A DNA stretch of 64,000 nucleotides. Origin: Candidatus Uhrbacteria bacterium (GTDB lineage Bacteria > Patescibacteriota > Patescibacteriia > SG8-24). Position numbers and translations under genes: made by a program. The DNA lies in contig JAFGIV010000013.1 of NCBI GenBank assembly GCA_016929435.1, forward strand, positions 15,822-79,821. Reading direction: 5' to 3'. Shown here in pieces: positions 8,931-18,211 of this stretch. Every line of letters starts with the position of its first letter. Positions within the stretch are counted from its first letter, which is position 1. Below the pieces are notes generated by a model that worked only from the letters and a program-made list of their open reading frames with translations, had not been told where the DNA came from and searched no databases.

Positions 8931-9854
8931 GGGTAATAGGAAAATCGCCCCACCAAGTCGGGGTGATTTTTTAGACGGTTGAGCGGAAAATTGGCACGGT
9001 TTGGGGGAATAGGAAAATCATCCCGCCAAACTATGACAAACCCGGTCATCTGCCCGCACTGCGGGAGCGACGAATTCTGGGCCGTGAGGGGCCACGCGCT
9101 GAAGTGCTCAGCGTGCCGCGTCGAGCGCGTCGCGATACCCGCAAGGCCCGTCACGGGCTTCGCCCTGACGCGGCGCGGCTGGCTGTCGGCGATCGACTGC
9201 CTGCTCCGCGACGGAACCGGCACGGCAATGGCGCTGGAGCTTGGGATGGCGGAGCGGACGGCGTACAAGGTCATCGCCGCGCTCCAGCGCGCGATGTGCG
9301 GGGACGCGCCCGTGCGGCTGCGCGGCGCGCGCGAGGCGGACGCCACGTACGTCGGCGGCGATTGGGCGAACAAGCGCGTACACATTCGCGCCAAGGGCAC
9401 CAAGAGGGGCCGGGGCACAAGCAAACGGTGCGTGTTCGGGGTCGTGCAGCGACGTGGGCCGGTCATCGTCTGGGCGGTGCCGGGCGAGCGCCGCGAGGTA
9501 GTCGGGCCCCTGATTGCGGCGGCGGTCGAGCCGGGTGCGACCGTGTGCACCGACGAGTGCGGGGCGTACGGGCACCTCGCCGAGCTCGGCTTCGGGCACG
9601 AGACGGTCAACCACGGCGCGGGCGAGTACGCACGCGGCGACGTCCACACGCAGACGCTCGACGGATACTGGGGCCGGCTCAAGAATTTCCTCGCCGCAAA
9701 GGGCGGCGTCCAGCCGCAGCACCTCATGAGGTTCGTCGGCGAGCACTCGTGGCGCTACAACAACAGGGGCCTGTCCCGGAAGGAACAGGCCCTGAAGCTG
9801 TACGGGCTATTGGTGCAAAAGTGAAAAATTGGTGGGATTTGTTTCCTATTACCC
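8931..9854 (+). mobile_element. IS1595-family insertion sequence
   Basis: Terminal inverted repeats GGGTAATAGGAAAATCGCCCCACC (8931-8954) and GGTGGGATTTGTTTCCTATTACCC (9831-9854); AAAAT directly repeated on both flanks; encloses a transposase. Confidence 0.85.
9033..9824 (+). CDS. IS1595-family transposase (Zn ribbon, HTH, DDE-type core)
   Basis: CPHCG...CSAC ribbon; EADATYVGG, RGRGTSKRCVFG, TDE, HETVNH, HTQTLDGYW, EHSWRYN. Confidence 0.9.
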   Translation: MTNPVICPHCGSDEFWAVRGHALKCSACRVERVAIPARPVTGFALTRRGWLSAIDCLLRDGTGTAMALELGMAERTAYKVIAALQRAMCGDAPVRLRGAREADATYVGGDWANKRVHIRAKGTKRGRGTSKRCVFGVVQRRGPVIVWAVPGERREVVGPLIAAAVEPGATVCTDECGAYGHLAELGFGHETVNHGAGEYARGDVHTQTLDGYWGRLKNFLAAKGGVQPQHLMRFVGEHSWRYNNRGLSRKEQALKLYGLLVQK

Positions 9855-9858
9855 AAAA

Positions 9859-9887
9859 TTTAAGCTGGGGACTGTCCCCAGCTTAAA
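9859..9887. repeat. REP-like palindrome copy 1
   Basis: Perfect palindrome TTTAAGCTGGGGAC-T-GTCCCCAGCTTAAA. Confidence 0.85.
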
Positions 9888-9902
9888 AAATTAAAATCAG
9901 TT

Positions 9903-10232
9903 TCAGTCTTCCCACAGGTTTAATGCAATCATCACTCTCGGTTCTGCCTTGACCCCATATTTCTCCAGCCAGCGGATGAATCTGTCTCGGACGGTCGTCG
10001 CCCGTTCTCGAATTTTTTCCGGATTCAGCTCGCCGAACCACTGAATCTGGTCAAGGGCCACGCCGATCCCGGTCAGGCCGTATTCTGTCCTGGTGCCTGA
10101 CCATTGCGGGACTATTTTTAGCCCTTCAAATTCGTGGGTATTTTCGGCAATTTTTTCCAGTTCCGTGCCGGCGAATCTATCCGGGGTAATTCCCAGATAG
10201 ACGATCCCATACACCTCGCAGTTTTCTGTCAT
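9903..10232 (-). CDS. Hypothetical protein
   Basis: 109-aa ORF with GGAGGG SD-like sequence upstream; no recognised motif. Confidence 0.65.
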   Translation of the reverse strand: MTENCEVYGIVYLGITPDRFAGTELEKIAENTHEFEGLKIVPQWSGTRTEYGLTGIGVALDQIQWFGELNPEKIRERATTVRDRFIRWLEKYGVKAEPRVMIALNLWED

Positions 10233-10349
10233 TTACCCTCCTTTTTGGGTTTTTAAGGAAGGGATGACATTAACAGGCTTTAGTCGGCCTGTCAAGGGAC
10301 GGGATTCAAAAAAAGAGGGGCAGGTTTGCCCCTCAAGAAATCAGGTTGC

Positions 10350-10640
10350 CTATTTTTTGCTTGCGGCCATGACGGCTATTTTTCGGATATCGCTGACATG
10401 TCCTTCGCACATCAGCGAAACCTTAAGTGCCTTGTCCGTTTCCCTGTCGAAAAAGGCATAGAGCCCGTCCTCATCAACGGAAAGGACCAGCACCGGTTTC
10501 GGCAATGCCCTGTCTTTCGTCCAGACATACACCGTTTGCCCGATTAGCCCATGCAGCCTCTTGGCAAAGGATCGATCTTTCGGACTCAAGTCCGGACTCG
10601 TTTCGAATTTTCGCCCCTCGTCGTTTTTTACGCTTTCCAT
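10350..10640 (-). CDS. Hypothetical protein
   Basis: 96-aa ORF with purine-rich RBS upstream and a GAGGGGCA/TGCCCCTC terminator hairpin (10315-10334) downstream. Confidence 0.6.
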   Translation of the reverse strand: MESVKNDEGRKFETSPDLSPKDRSFAKRLHGLIGQTVYVWTKDRALPKPVLVLSVDEDGLYAFFDRETDKALKVSLMCEGHVSDIRKIAVMAASKK

Positions 10641-10756
10641 CCACTATCCCTTTCCTTTCCTTCAGCATACCATGGGGTGAAACAAGCGGAAATGTCCGCA
10701 AAATGATATATTAAGACAATAACCGTCAGGAATCACCCGTTAACCGCACGTAAGAT

Positions 10757-11497
10757 ATGGAAAAAACCGATAGGCGTCCGGCCGCCAAAAAGGCCGTGAC
10801 CGGGAAGCCGGTCAGGAAGTCCGCCGCCAAGAAGGCCACGGCCAAGAAGACTGCGGCCAAAAAGCCGGCTGGGAAAGAGAAGGGCGCCAGCCGGGAGATC
10901 ACCGTCCATCTCGGGAAGAAGGGCATCAAATTCGATGTCGTGGAGCACCGGAAGGTCTTCACTGCCTACGACTTGGCCCAGACCCTGGGAACCAAACTGG
11001 ACGACATCGCCAAGACCCTGTTGGTTGAGGTGGAGCTGCCTGAATTGGGGAAGAAAAAAAGGGGCCATTATGTCGTCGTCCTGTCGGCATCATACCGGCT
11101 TAACCTGGAAAAACTGAAGAAAGCCCTGAAGGCGTCCAAAATCGGCATTGCCACGGAAAAGGCGATGCTCAAGTTGGGCATGGCCCCCGGGGCGCTCACC
11201 CCGTTCGGAAGCCTGCGGAATTTCGGGGTGGTCGTGGACAGGAACCTGCTTCGGACCCAGAAGGTGCTGGTGGGTGCGGAGAGCTTCATCGAATCCTTGC
11301 GGATGCGGACGAGGGACCTGGTGAAGTCCGAAGGGGCGACCGTCGGCCTGATCGGAGACAGGGCCAAGCTGAAGCTACAGAGGAAACCGGTCAGGAAGCC
11401 GTCCAAAAGCCGTCCGAAGAAATTGGCCAAGAAGGCCGCCGGGAAAACGGTAGGGAAGGCCGTTAAGAATATCAAAAAAGCCGGTAAGAAAAAATAG
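10757..11497 (+). CDS. YbaK/EbsC aminoacyl-tRNA editing domain protein with Lys/Ala-rich tails
   Basis: VEHRKVFTAYDLAQ, IAKTLLV, GALTPFG core; KKA-rich N and C termini. Confidence 0.85.
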   Translation: MEKTDRRPAAKKAVTGKPVRKSAAKKATAKKTAAKKPAGKEKGASREITVHLGKKGIKFDVVEHRKVFTAYDLAQTLGTKLDDIAKTLLVEVELPELGKKKRGHYVVVLSASYRLNLEKLKKALKASKIGIATEKAMLKLGMAPGALTPFGSLRNFGVVVDRNLLRTQKVLVGAESFIESLRMRTRDLVKSEGATVGLIGDRAKLKLQRKPVRKPSKSRPKKLAKKAAGKTVGKAVKNIKKAGKKK

Positions 11498-11764
11498 CTA
11501 AATATAGCAAAAAAAATCGTTCGGGTAATGTCGGGCGATTTTTTGTTGTAAAATCGGACAGCCCGGCGGTCCGGACCGTTGGCGACCCCCATTGTCCCGC
11601 CCCCAATTATCCAAAGGATTCAGAGGCCCCCTAAAGGGGGCCGGGCCGTCCCTTCCGTTTATTCGGGGCTGCGCTATTTTATCCCCACACCGACGGTGCA
11701 TGATTACGCCTTATTTGATATGTTAATGAGGTCGTGTTTTTGGGTAGGTTTTTAACTGGAGACC

Positions 11765-12493
11765 ATGGCCTACGCCGTGAAAATAGAACAGTTTGAGGGA
11801 CCGCTGCAGCTCCTGCTCGAGATGATCGAGCAGGAGAAACTTGACATTTCCCAAGTGTCATTGGCCAAGGTGACTGACGGTTACCTTCGGTTTTTGGACG
11901 AGAATCCGGGCATTCCGGCCGAGGAACTGGCCGATTTTCTGGTCATCGCCTCCAAGCTGCTGCTGATCAAGTCCCGGTTGCTGCTGCCGTTCCTGTCCGT
12001 GGGGGAGGAGGAGCCGGAAGGCGACCTTGAATCCCAGCTGAAGATATACAGGGAGTATCTGGAGGCCTCCAAAACCATCGAGCAGATGATCGGCAGGCGA
12101 CGGTTCCTGTATGTCCACGACAGGCTGCCGAAGGTGGAGACCGGTTTTGCGCCGCCGAAGAGGCTGACCGTCGGACAGATGAGGGAACTTTTCGTGACGG
12201 TCATCCGGAGGTTGGATGAGGTTGTAAGGCTGCCCAAGGCCATCATCGAGCGGACCGTCTCCATACACGAGAAGATCGGCCATATCCGAGCCCTGATCGC
12301 CCGGGTGGAGAGGGTCAGTTTCCGGAAGCTGATCCAGTCCGCCGAATCGCGGACCGAGATCGTCGTCAGTTTTTTGGCCCTTCTGGAGCTGATCAAGCAG
12401 CGTCAGGTCACGGTCAGTCAGGACGGGGTATTCGACGACATTACCATCAACCGTCTGGAAGGCGGGGATGGGGAAAAGATCAATCAAGAATAG
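11765..12493 (+). CDS. scpA: Segregation and condensation protein A
   Basis: FEGPLQLLLEMI, FLVIASKLLLIKSRLLLP, FLALLELIK. Confidence 0.95.
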   Translation: MAYAVKIEQFEGPLQLLLEMIEQEKLDISQVSLAKVTDGYLRFLDENPGIPAEELADFLVIASKLLLIKSRLLLPFLSVGEEEPEGDLESQLKIYREYLEASKTIEQMIGRRRFLYVHDRLPKVETGFAPPKRLTVGQMRELFVTVIRRLDEVVRLPKAIIERTVSIHEKIGHIRALIARVERVSFRKLIQSAESRTEIVVSFLALLELIKQRQVTVSQDGVFDDITINRLEGGDGEKINQE

Positions 12494-12499
12494 AGCCTT

Positions 12500-13138
12500 A
12501 TGCTGAAAGCCAAGATAGAGAGTCTCCTGTTCATCGCCAATCGGCCCATGACCGTCGCCAAGCTGGCGGAGGTATTGGGGACCAAGAGGGATCAGGTGGA
12601 GGAGGCGATTGCGGGACTGGCGGAAAAGTACGATTCCGCGGACAGCGGCATCCGTATTCTGCGCAACGCCGATTCGGTCCAGATGTCCACTGCCCCGGAG
12701 ACGGCCGCCACGATTCAGGAGTTCCTGAAGGACGAAACGACCGGGGAGATGACCCGACCGTCCCTGGAGACGCTGACGATCGTCGCCTACCGCGGGCCGA
12801 TCGCCAAGGCCGAGCTGGAGGAGATCCGCGGGGTCAACTGCAGCCTGATCCTGCGTAACCTGATGTTGCGCGGGCTGGTGGAGGCCAAGGGCGAACCGGG
12901 AAACCCGGGAACCACCTACGGCGTGACCATGGATTTTTTGAGGTTTTTGGGCGTTTCGGAGGTTACGGAGCTGCCGGATTACGGAAAGCTGAATTCGCAC
13001 GAGAACGTCATCAGGGTTCTGGAAAGGGCAACCGAGGAAAAGGCGGCGGCCGAGTCCGTCCGGGCGGACGGTGATTCCGGCATTGCGGACGGCGGACCGG
13101 AAACGGGGACGGAGGGAACCGAAACGGCTAGCGCCTGA
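12500..13138 (+). CDS. scpB: Segregation and condensation protein B
   Basis: IESLLF, LETLTIVAYRGP, IRGVN, YGVTMDFLRFLG. Confidence 0.95.
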   Translation: MLKAKIESLLFIANRPMTVAKLAEVLGTKRDQVEEAIAGLAEKYDSADSGIRILRNADSVQMSTAPETAATIQEFLKDETTGEMTRPSLETLTIVAYRGPIAKAELEEIRGVNCSLILRNLMLRGLVEAKGEPGNPGTTYGVTMDFLRFLGVSEVTELPDYGKLNSHENVIRVLERATEEKAAAESVRADGDSGIADGGPETGTEGTETASA

Positions 13139-13143
13139 TCGCC

Positions 13144-14100
13144 ATGTTCAGCCTCATTTTCGCCCTGGCCCTCTATTCCCTTACGGGTTCGGTCAACCTG
13201 ATTCCGGCCGTTTCCGGATCCGGCCCCGCCCTTCCGCAGGCCGAATCGCCCCGCCGGTACCTGGAGATAGCCTCGTCCGCCGCTCCGCTTTCCGTTACGT
13301 CCGTTAGTGGTCCTGTGAAGAGGGATGCCTCCAGGTTGGGGGTGGAGACGGATTCCAGGGCCGTAGCCGTGATGGATTGGGAAAGCGGCCGCATGCTTTT
13401 CTCCAAGAACGCCGAGGAGCCGATGCCGATCGCCTCCATCACGAAACTGATGAGCGCCCTGGTCTTTCTGGAAAACGAACCGGATTGGGGAAGGGAGATG
13501 ACCATCGTCAGGGAAGACGACCGGGTCGGAGACCTGCCGGTCATCAGGCCCGGAGACCGGGTGACCGTTGAGAACCTTTTCAACCTTAGCCTGGTCTCGT
13601 CGTCCAATGACGCCACGGTTGCCCTGGCCCGTTCCACCGGAATGTCCCAGGAGGAGTTCGCCCGGGAGATGGACCGGATGGGCAGCCGGATCGGGTTGGC
13701 CGGACACGGGTTTGTGGAACCGACCGGGTTGGATTCGGGAAACCGGGCCACGGCCGCCGATGTCGCCAGGCTGGTCAAGCGGGCCCTATCCGACGAGCGG
13801 ATCAGTAAGGCGGTGTTGAGCGGCTCGTATGAGTTCGAGACGTTGGACGGGGATCGCCGCCGGGTATGGAATACCGACCAGCTTCTCGACAGTTTCCTGA
13901 CCAGGTCGCCGTATTCCTTCCACGGCGGAAAGACCGGATACATCAGCCAGGCCGGATACTGTTTCGGGGCGGCGGCCAGCAACGGCAGCGGTAACCGGGT
14001 GATTGCCGTGGTTTTGGGGGCCAACACCAAGGAGAGCCGCTTTACGGAGGTCAAGCGGCTGTTGTGGTGGGCTTTTGATGCCTGGGACTGGGGCGTATGA
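13144..14100 (+). CDS. D-alanyl-D-alanine carboxypeptidase/endopeptidase (peptidase S11)
   Basis: SITK (SxxK), SSN (SxN) and KTG motifs; N-terminal signal sequence. Confidence 0.9.
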   Translation: MFSLIFALALYSLTGSVNLIPAVSGSGPALPQAESPRRYLEIASSAAPLSVTSVSGPVKRDASRLGVETDSRAVAVMDWESGRMLFSKNAEEPMPIASITKLMSALVFLENEPDWGREMTIVREDDRVGDLPVIRPGDRVTVENLFNLSLVSSSNDATVALARSTGMSQEEFAREMDRMGSRIGLAGHGFVEPTGLDSGNRATAADVARLVKRALSDERISKAVLSGSYEFETLDGDRRRVWNTDQLLDSFLTRSPYSFHGGKTGYISQAGYCFGAAASNGSGNRVIAVVLGANTKESRFTEVKRLLWWAFDAWDWGV

Positions 14101-15341
14101 GGATCGGGATAGACGGGCGGACCATGCTCAACTGGCGAGGCGGGGAGGGGGCGGGGATCGGCCACTATACCTTCCTGCTGGTCAGGAGCCTGCTGAAGGT
14201 CGACAGGGAAAACGAGTATGTCCTGTTCCTGGACCGCCACATCAGCGGCCAGATCCAGAAGGAGTGCGTCGGAGACAACCCTCGGGTTTCCATCCGGAAT
14301 TTCCCTTTCCGCAACGCCGGTAGGGCCCTGCCGTTCATTTACAGCCACATGGTGGTTTCGGCGGCCTTTGAGAAGGCCAACCTGGACATCCTGCATTCCC
14401 CGGCCAATTCCCTGCCGTTGTTTTACCGGAAGCCGTCGGTCATCACGGTCCATGATTTGGCGATATACGACCACCCGGAGTGGTTCCCGTCCCCGTTTCC
14501 CCATTCCCTTGGCTTTTCCGAGAGGATCGTCGTGCCGTATTCGGTCAGGCAGGCCAGACGGGTAATTGCCGTTTCGAAACAGACCAAATCCGACCTGATC
14601 CGCGTTTTCGGCATGCCTGAAGGGAAGATCGACGTCATTTATGAGGGGGCAGGGATGCCTAAGGGGAACGGGGGGAATGCGGTAATGGACCGTTACGGAC
14701 TGACCGCAGGGCGATACTTCCTTTTTTTGGGGACTTTGGAGCCGAGAAAGAACATACCGTCCGCCATCCAGGCCTTTTCGGATTTCGTCAGGGAGGATCC
14801 GAAGGGCCGGTTCGGGTTCGAACTCGTCATTGCCGGAAGGCGGGGATGGAAATACGAGCCGATTTTCGAGGCCATGACCAGGGCCAACCTGGAAATCAAC
14901 CGGATTTGCGGCGACCGGGAACCTGTGGAGCGGGTTCGGCATATCGGATATGTCCGGCGGGAGGACAAGGCCGGACTGATCCGGAATGCCGTCGCCTTCG
15001 TCTTCCCGTCTTTCTACGAGGGTTTCGGACTTCCGGTGATCGAGGCCATGGGCCTGGGAGTGCCGGTCATCGCCTCCAATCGGGCCTCCTTGCCGGAGAT
15101 TTGCGGACAGGCCTGCATCCTGACGGAACCGGAAGACTGTTCGGCCATGGCCGATGCGATGGGGAGGCTTGTCTCGGATGGGGGGGGTGCGGAAGATTGG
15201 GGGGAAAGGGGCAGGGTTCAGGCCCAGAAGTTCGATTGGGACCGGTCGGCCGCTGAAACCCTGTCGGTCTACAGGAAGGCCCTGGAAGAGCCGGTAACGG
15301 ATGACGGCGACATGCCCATTGACAGGGTTTTCGGAATGTAA
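14097..15341 (+). CDS. Glycosyltransferase family 4
   Basis: TVHDL, GTLEPRKNI, FPSFYEGFGLPVIEAM. Confidence 0.92.
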   Translation: MRIGIDGRTMLNWRGGEGAGIGHYTFLLVRSLLKVDRENEYVLFLDRHISGQIQKECVGDNPRVSIRNFPFRNAGRALPFIYSHMVVSAAFEKANLDILHSPANSLPLFYRKPSVITVHDLAIYDHPEWFPSPFPHSLGFSERIVVPYSVRQARRVIAVSKQTKSDLIRVFGMPEGKIDVIYEGAGMPKGNGGNAVMDRYGLTAGRYFLFLGTLEPRKNIPSAIQAFSDFVREDPKGRFGFELVIAGRRGWKYEPIFEAMTRANLEINRICGDREPVERVRHIGYVRREDKAGLIRNAVAFVFPSFYEGFGLPVIEAMGLGVPVIASNRASLPEICGQACILTEPEDCSAMADAMGRLVSDGGGAEDWGERGRVQAQKFDWDRSAAETLSVYRKALEEPVTDDGDMPIDRVFGM

Positions 15342-15347
15342 TATTCT
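15319..15347 (+). promoter_or_regulatory. Sigma70-type promoter for tRNA-fMet
   Basis: TTGACA-17 bp-TATTCT just upstream of the tRNA. Confidence 0.6.
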
Positions 15348-15365
15348 AATTCAGTGGAATGGTGG

Positions 15366-15440
15366 CGCGGGGTGGAGAAGTGGCATCTCGCAGGGCCCAT
15401 AACCCTGAGGTCGCAGGTTCGAATCCTGCCCCCGCAACCA
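15366..15440 (+). tRNA. tRNA-Met(CAT), initiator
   Basis: Cloverleaf; C1:A72 mismatch, three G:C pairs in the anticodon stem, encoded CCA; perfect terminator hairpin at 15441-15470. Confidence 0.93.
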
Positions 15441-15568
15441 AAAATACCCGATCTGACGATCGGGTATTTTTGTATGTCGAGACACGGGCGGTGCAACTTT
15501 TTGGAACATCACCTTCACCGCTTTCGACTTGCCAAAAACATCCGAATGCGCTATCTTTCTATTCGTGT

Positions 15569-15645
15569 GGCGAGGTAGCTCAGTTGGTTAGAGCGAGGGA
15601 CTCATAAGCCCTAGGTCGTCGGTTCAATTCCGACCCTCGCTACCA
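15569..15645 (+). tRNA. tRNA-Met(CAT), probably elongator
   Basis: GGCGAGGTAGCTCAGTTGGTTAGAGC...CTCATAA...GGTTCAATTCC...CCA; Ile2 identity not fully excluded. Confidence 0.9.
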
Positions 15646-15704
15646 AAGGAACCCGAGTTTATCTCGGGTTTCTTTGCTGGAACGGATTATCAATAAATAA
15701 GCCT

Positions 15705-15950
15705 ATGTCGTTTGGGGAATCGCGGGCGAGATCGCTGGTCAAGGCAATCGTCTTTCGTGTTGTCGCCGTCCTGGCGGACCTGGTCTTGGCGTTCGTCTTC
15801 ACCAGGAAATGGAATCTGACCGTGGCACTTACCCTGACAGCGAACCTGGTCAGGTTTGTCCTGTATTTTGCCCACGAGAGGATATGGGATCGGGTGAACT
15901 ACGGGCGGAAAGAGGGGTTTTTTGCGGGTAGGGGTCGGAAAATCAGGTGA
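15705..15950 (+). CDS. DUF2061 family small membrane protein
   Basis: ESRARSLVKAIVFRV and LYFAHERIWDRV motifs. Confidence 0.8.
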   Translation: MSFGESRARSLVKAIVFRVVAVLADLVLAFVFTRKWNLTVALTLTANLVRFVLYFAHERIWDRVNYGRKEGFFAGRGRKIR

Positions 15951-16012
15951 CAGGGTAAAAAGAAAACCCCGCTTTTGGGCGTGGTTTGCCTTGCCTTATC
16001 TTGGTCTCGGTG

Positions 16013-16240
16013 TCAGGCGGCTGCCGTCGCCTTGACGGTTTCCACCTTAATTTCCTTGATTAGGGTGCCGATGTTCCTGTGGAAACATTCGTGGCATACG
16101 GCTAACCGAAGAGGGGCCCCGTTTTCCCATTGGACGGAAATCAGGTAGGCTGTTTCCCCACCCTTAAATTCATGTACGCACCTATGGAGCCGTGATTGAC
16201 AGAAACGTATCTCATCGGCGTTATGTTTCTTTTTCCGCAT
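16013..16240 (-). CDS. Small hypothetical protein
   Basis: 75-aa ORF with Cys/His residues (CHEC); terminator-like hairpin downstream. Confidence 0.45.
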   Translation of the reverse strand: MRKKKHNADEIRFCQSRLHRCVHEFKGGETAYLISVQWENGAPLRLAVCHECFHRNIGTLIKEIKVETVKATAAA

Positions 16241-16378
16241 AATTCAGCTAAAAAAACTGTTTATATTTCCTAACGCAATTTTAGATTAGCACAAGACGGC
16301 AGATTAATCAAGGGTTGTCCGCCTGAGCTGAAAAAGGTTGAGGTTATGGCCTTATTTTGGTATGATCCAATTACCGAT

Positions 16379-16879
16379 ATGTATATGGTCGTCCATGCCG
16401 CTGTCGGGGCGGCTGCCGGTCAGGCAGTCGAACACGTGTCAGTGGCCTTTGTTTTGGGGGTAGTTTCCCACTTTTTCCTGGACATGATTCCTCATGGGGA
16501 TGAGAACCTGTACCAGGCCTACATCGGGGGCAAGGGCCTGAAAAAGGGCCTGCTTCATGTTGGTTTTGATGTCCTGGCCACCATTGTTTTTTGTACGGCT
16601 ATTTACCTTAACCGGGAAGTTTTTGTCGCGCCGAACGTCGTTTTTTGGGGCGTTGTCGGCGGCCTGATTCCGGATTTTCTCGTGGCCCTTTCCGGCATTT
16701 TTCGGCCACGCCGGAAAAGGGGGTTGGTTTGGAGGCTGGATCGGTATAATGCCTTTCACCGATGGAACCACTCCCTGCTGATGAGGAAATGGCGCTGTTT
16801 CCGGAAGGATGTTCCCTATGTTTTTGGGGCGGCTTACCAGGCGGTCATACTGGTGATTTTGGCGAAGATGATCCTGTAA
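16379..16879 (+). CDS. Membrane protein, putative metal-dependent hydrolase (YdjM-like)
   Basis: N-terminal HAAVG, SHFFLDMIPH, LIPD, FH..NH within hydrophobic segments. Confidence 0.6.
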   Translation: MYMVVHAAVGAAAGQAVEHVSVAFVLGVVSHFFLDMIPHGDENLYQAYIGGKGLKKGLLHVGFDVLATIVFCTAIYLNREVFVAPNVVFWGVVGGLIPDFLVALSGIFRPRRKRGLVWRLDRYNAFHRWNHSLLMRKWRCFRKDVPYVFGAAYQAVILVILAKMIL

Positions 16880-16888
16880 TAAAAGATT

Positions 16889-18211
16889 ATGTCCGACGAA
16901 CCGGATAAAAACCTGACGACCAGCCCCCTGTCCGGGTTCATGGAACTGCTCCCGGCCGAGCAGTTGGCCTTTAACCGTATATACGATACGATCCGCCGGT
17001 CGTATGAGGCGTTCGGGTTCATTCCGATCGATACGCCGGTTTTGGAGAGGGCGGAGGTCCTGTTGGCCAAGGCCGGTGGGGAGACCGAGAAGCAGATCTA
17101 CCGATTCCGGAAAGGGGATACCGATTTGGCGATGAGGTTCGACCTGACCGTGCCCTTGGCCCGTTACGTGGCCGAACACTGCGGTCAGCTGGTCCTCCCG
17201 TTCCGCCGTTACGCCATGGGAAAGGTCTATCGGGGAGAAAGGGCCCAAGCCGGACGGTTTCGGGAATTCTACCAGTGCGACATCGATGTCATCGGCGACG
17301 GCGAACTTGACCTCCGTTTCGATGCGGAGATTCCCAGCGTCATCCACATGATATTCCGGCAGTTGGGTTTCGAGAGGTTCACGATCCGAATAAACAACCG
17401 AAAGATTTTCGGCGGGCTGTTCCGGGGGTTGGGAATCGAGCGTCAGTCGGTCGGGATCATGCAGGCCGTTGACCGGCTGGAGAAGGTCGGTCCGGAAGCG
17501 GTCCGGAAGGAACTGGCGGAAATGGGACTGCCGGAACCGGCCATCGGCCGGCTGTTCGATTTCGTCGGTTTGGGGGGAACCTGCGACGAGATCATCGCCG
17601 GGTTGAGGAAAATGGGGATTGACGACGGGGGACTGGCCGAAGGGATCAGTGAGCTGGAGACAGTGGTCGGGGCAATCAGGCAATTCGGCGTTCCGGACGC
17701 CAATTTTGCGGTTGACCTGACGATCGCCCGCGGACTGGATTACTATACCGGTACCGTCTACGAGACCCGGTTGGACGATTATCCAGAAATCGGATCGGTC
17801 TGTTCGGGGGGGCGTTATGACGACCTGGCCAGCCACTACACCGACCGGAAACTGCCGGGAGTCGGCATTTCCATCGGCCTGACACGGCTGTTCGACCAGC
17901 TTTACCGGCGGGGGGTGCTGAAGACCGGGGGGTCCACGACCACCAAGGCGCTGATCCTGCCCATGACGGAGGATATGGGACACTGTTTCCGGTTGGCGAC
18001 CAGGTTGAGGGAAGCCGGCATTGCCACCGAGGTATCGTTCGTTTCCGGAAAGATGAAGAAACGCCTGGGTTACGCCGATCGGCTCGGCATCCCGTTCGTG
18101 GTTTTCGTGGGGGACGATGAAATCAGGAAGGGAACCTATACCCTTAAGGATTTCCGGGAAGGCGACCAGGAGGAGCTGACCGAGGCGGAGCTGATACGGA
18201 AGTTGGTTTGA
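16889..18211 (+). CDS. hisS: Histidine--tRNA ligase (copy 1, divergent subtype)
   Basis: MRFDLTVPLARY, YRGERAQAGRFREFYQCDID, RGLDYYTG, GGRYD, C-terminal anticodon-binding domain. Confidence 0.93.
   Translation: MSDEPDKNLTTSPLSGFMELLPAEQLAFNRIYDTIRRSYEAFGFIPIDTPVLERAEVLLAKAGGETEKQIYRFRKGDTDLAMRFDLTVPLARYVAEHCGQLVLPFRRYAMGKVYRGERAQAGRFREFYQCDIDVIGDGELDLRFDAEIPSVIHMIFRQLGFERFTIRINNRKIFGGLFRGLGIERQSVGIMQAVDRLEKVGPEAVRKELAEMGLPEPAIGRLFDFVGLGGTCDEIIAGLRKMGIDDGGLAEGISELETVVGAIRQFGVPDANFAVDLTIARGLDYYTGTVYETRLDDYPEIGSVCSGGRYDDLASHYTDRKLPGVGISIGLTRLFDQLYRRGVLKTGGSTTTKALILPMTEDMGHCFRLATRLREAGIATEVSFVSGKMKKRLGYADRLGIPFVVFVGDDEIRKGTYTLKDFREGDQEELTEAELIRKLV

Noticed and set aside
11607-11687. DnaA-box-like 9-mers (TTATCCAAA, TTATCCCCA; also TGGGGATAA near 25449) suggesting oriC
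   Set aside because: All mismatch TTATCCACA, are few, and dnaA/dnaN are not in the window
16889-18211. First hisS copy as HisZ
   Set aside because: Keeps catalytic motifs and the anticodon-binding domain; no his biosynthesis genes nearby
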